Origin: Catajapyx aquilonaris
Lineage: Eukaryota
Assembly: GCA_000934665.2 (NCBI GenBank)
Contig: KZ538287.1
Location: 1-64,000, forward strand
Length of the DNA stretch: 64,000 nucleotides
Direction: 5' to 3'
Shown: positions 60,499-64,000 of the stretch, piece by piece
Layout: each line of letters starts with the position of its first letter
Position numbering within the stretch: position 1 is the first letter of the stretch
Program-made: the position numbers and the translations under genes
Notes under the pieces: model-generated
Seen by the model: only the letters and a program-made list of their open reading frames with translations
Told to the model about the DNA's origin: nothing
Database searches by the model: none

Positions 60499-63400
60499 AA
60501 GAATCACAGAAACAGAGTTAACTGTTTTCTAGGGTTGGAAATAGCAATGGAACATGATGAAACTTGGTTGCTTGTGTTGAAACTGGTTTTTAGAGAGTGA
60601 ACAGTCCGTAATCCGACCTATGGGAGTGTGGGCTTGGGCAGTGCGCCACCCTGTATTTAAAAAGGGAAGGGGGAAAAAAATCCTGAGGGTGGTGGTGGGT
60701 TTAGTATGAATCTCACCCTCGTGACCTGATAGCTTCATAAACCAGATGCCCTCGCTTGGAAAATAGTGCCTCCCACCAGGGCACCATTCATAGGATTTCC
60801 AGGGGTTTAAATGGTGTTCCGGTTTATTTCTGGGTTTTATTGGATGCGTGTACTGCTGGGTACTGTTACTTTTTGGTGGGGAGAAGAGGGGAAGGGAGTA
60901 TCCCCGCAGGAGAGTTAAAGTTAGTCGTCGCTTTTTGGTTTATAGGTGCAATCCGCCTCGCAACAATGTATGGGGTTGGAATTAACGCGCGGACTGGGGG
61001 TTAATGCTTGTGAGTAAGGGGACTTGATTGTGTCTTAAATCACGGGCTCTGTACGGGGAGGTCCGATTGTTATTAGCGAACGGAAATTTACAAGCCGGCG
61101 GCATATTTTTAATTGCAGTAAGTCACACTGGGCCGATATTAGCAAATGCTTACCATATAGCCAAAAGGGGGCATGTTTTCAATACCTTTAAAGAAATGCA
61201 TTGTTGACATTAAAATCACAGGGGATGAAACACCAGCGAATTAAATGTACAGTGTATAAAATTTTCAAAAAAGTTAGGAGACAAATTTTAAAAACTGGAC
61301 GTTGGCTCCCCGAGGCTTAATCCTCATTAATTCCAACCTCAAAGCTTTATCAGAACAGGAAAAAAACCAGCGCTTATTACCCCTTTCATATTTCCATGTC
61401 CCCCCCCCCCCTATAATAGTCCATTGAGTCACTTTAATAACCAGGCTCATCTCTCAGTTTTTTCGTATGTCTTTTAGCTCCTCTCCCTCCACCAGGTCCC
61501 TCAGCGATCGGAGCTTAGTTAGTTGCTAATACACAAAGAAATCAATTTGCATATTTTAATGTTGGAGTAGATTGGCGCACAAAACGGGGCTTCAACTAGT
61601 CAATCCTAGGTAGAGAAGAGGAGGGGTTTAAAGGAACCGCAGAATANCCCCCCCCCCCCCCCCCCCCCCATCCCATCTCAAAAAATCGAAGGGTGGTTGG
61701 GTGGGGGTAGAGCCAACTTCGCGACAAAGGGATCCTCAAATTGGACGCAATCAGGAACTTTAATTCGGTTTTCCAAAGGGTTCCAAAAATTTTTACCCGG
61801 CGTCTATTATGGGGAGGTCCAAAAAGAGCCCTCCAGGTCCTAATACTCATCACTTGGGGGGGGAAAGAAGGGGTCGCAGAAAATTTGCTACGTTTTAGGA
61901 ACAAAAGAACCGAGCAATTATGCTAATAATCGAGTCATTGTGCTGAAATCTCATTATAGCCTAACATGACCTTAGACTATATGGTTAGAAGTGCAAAAAT
62001 CGAAATTGTGTGACGTAACGAATTTTTTTTCATCATAACACTGGCTTGTAAATCATTATTATTGCAGCCTCATTGCGGCCTAACGACCAAATAAGTTGAC
62101 AAAAAAAATTGTCGCTTCGTTTTTTTTTGGGGGGGGGGGGCCGTCGCATTCCTAAATGTAGCAAAAGCCATGTTATGAAGAAATACGCCTTTTCATTTCG
62201 CTGCAAAAAGACCTGTAGTACGACAATGCGGAAGGCAAAGTGATGAATTCTGTCTGCTTCCTACTGTAGTTACAGATATAATGAAAAGGGAGGGCAGCTC
62301 ATTTCTGGATGAAAAGAGAAGGAAATGGTTATATTCCCCATTCATATGATTAGGAACTTCCGAAACTCATGAAATTGCTGAAAATGTCGACGAACTTCGA
62401 AGTTTATACTGACGATAAAATTTTCGACATATCGTCCTGTCAATTACCGAATATTTTGATATCATTAATTATTTCTGATATCAAAATATTAGATATTCTC
62501 ATACTAAAGAACAGCTGAAAATTAGTGCCAGTTGCATAAAAATTATTCGCATAGTAAATCGTAGTACTCGTGCAGTGTGCATAAAAATTCGCACACCCTG
62601 CTGTTTATGCCCTCACATCCTGGCCATTTTTCAACAGCCATGTACACTATACAAGAGGGTCGATTCACTGAGGTTCATCCGCCCAATTTCCGAAAGCGCC
62701 CCAAAATATTGAGCATACGTGCCCAAGTCAAAGTAATAATTCAGAACCGGTCTCATTATTTACATGGCCCAGGTTATTCAGTGAGTAGTACATAGAGAAA
62801 TGTCAACACCCCCCCCCCCCCAACGTACGTGGTTTGTAAAAGCAGGAAAATAGAATAGATTATTCATGAATTTGCAATATTAATATAACCAGGTGCTGCA
62901 ACTGTTACTTTTGCTACGAGCTAAAATAATACAGCAGCGATTAATCAAAATGAAGGAACTTCCAGAAAAATGTTAAATCCCAGGCTGATACCATCCATTC
63001 AATTAAACCTAGACCGAAGTGAATCACTCTACAATGGTTCTAATTGCTCTCAGGAGTGGAAATGAACTTTTTTTTTTTTTCATTCCCTCCTTTTCCCAAC
63101 GCCGGCAGCACCGTATATTGGGAAGTTCCCAAACTCGATAGGCCAACTTTAAATTAACACCCAGAAGACTTTGCGGGGTTTAATTTGATACTGTTCCAGA
63201 CTTGGAAGGCATAGATTTATGCCCGCAAGATTTTGCGCAGACATAATGGTAGCTCCATTACCGAAAACTGTTAGGTAACTTAAGCTCTAGACGGTGATGG
63301 AATTTAAATTCAATGTCACGCTTAAAAGAATTTTCTTCTAACTCAATTTTAGGTTTTAATTATTATTGTGCGTGTTTTAGCTGAGCCTGTTAATTTTAAA

Positions 63401-64000
63401 ATTAATCTCGGTCCGGATGTGTTTGAGATTATGAAAATAGTGTCAGAGTAATAGGGCATGTGACTTGATTTTGGAAGCGGAAATGTGCGAAAAGTTCTGC
63501 TAATTTTGAAATGAAAATTACACTCATTTCAATCTGTTCTTAGCGTTTTAAAAAAATCGCACTGGCGGATGTTGCTTATTCATACTCACAGTCAGCACTG
63601 TAAATTATATTGAATAACTTTATCAGGACGAAAAACTCATCTCCATAATTTTGCAATAATTATACAAGTCGCCAAATTAATAGCAACTCGATCCAGGCAT
63701 CTCTAGCCTTATAAGTGCGAAAATAGCTAAGTGCAAGTTCAAGCATCAACTAATAGAAGAAAAAAACTTGTGTATTAAATATGCATGCGCCTAAATTGAC
63801 CCAAAGGCTAATAATTCCGTGCAAAATTACTACCAGGTTAATTGGCCCCGCATTTACTTGTCTACACCTGAAATTCGGGGTCCCATTAGGACCACTTTTC
63901 CTCTCCAAGTACTAGTAGAGCCCTAATAACAAACGTAATTGAGCTGTACAGCCCTTGACGAATCCAAACCCAGCACACTCCGCTTATCTGTAAATAATTC

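Larger units (their letters stand above)
22443..64000 (-). other. Probable very large intron (>41 kb) of the collagen gene
   Basis: The phase-1 acceptor at 22443 needs an upstream exon. Reading the rest of the window, I recognised no Gly-X-Y, TM or CxCP exon and no other gene. Confidence 0.6.

Noticed and set aside
23434..62795. Numerous 60-150 aa ORFs in the six-frame track
   Set aside because: No recognisable domains; many start at non-ATG codons, overlap on both strands and have low-complexity F/K-rich composition, as expected by chance in non-coding DNA.

Overview
This is animal (invertebrate, probably arthropod) genomic DNA with spliceosomal GT-AG introns, so most entries in the ORF track are noise or exon fragments. 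I reconstructed three genes by hand. (1) An 11-exon SLC18B1-like MFS transporter (+, 620-2939, 507 aa). (2) A 3-exon secreted single-domain C-type lectin with QPD/WND motifs (+, 3289-4004, 188 aa). (3) A convergent, 5'-truncated MACIT-type transmembrane collagen (collagen XIII/XXIII/XXV, col-99 family) on the minus strand, with 26 identifiable exons from 22442 down to 6284 (~645 aa visible). I did not find its transmembrane/N-terminal exon, so 22443-64000 is most likely one intron of more than 41 kb. The rest is non-coding and carries several short non-autonomous DNA elements (pogo/Tigger-, CACTA-, Harbinger-, Sola- and Helitron-like), long palindromes, minisatellites, CTCF-like motifs and three assembly gaps each bounded by poly-C/poly-G. 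I found no clearly new multi-gene system. The best leads are the modular splicing and processing code of the collagen (polybasic microexon beside an EGSG GAG site, a cryptic cassette with three acceptors, alternative C-termini), several unexplained hairpins, and a nested palindrome at 29.2 kb.
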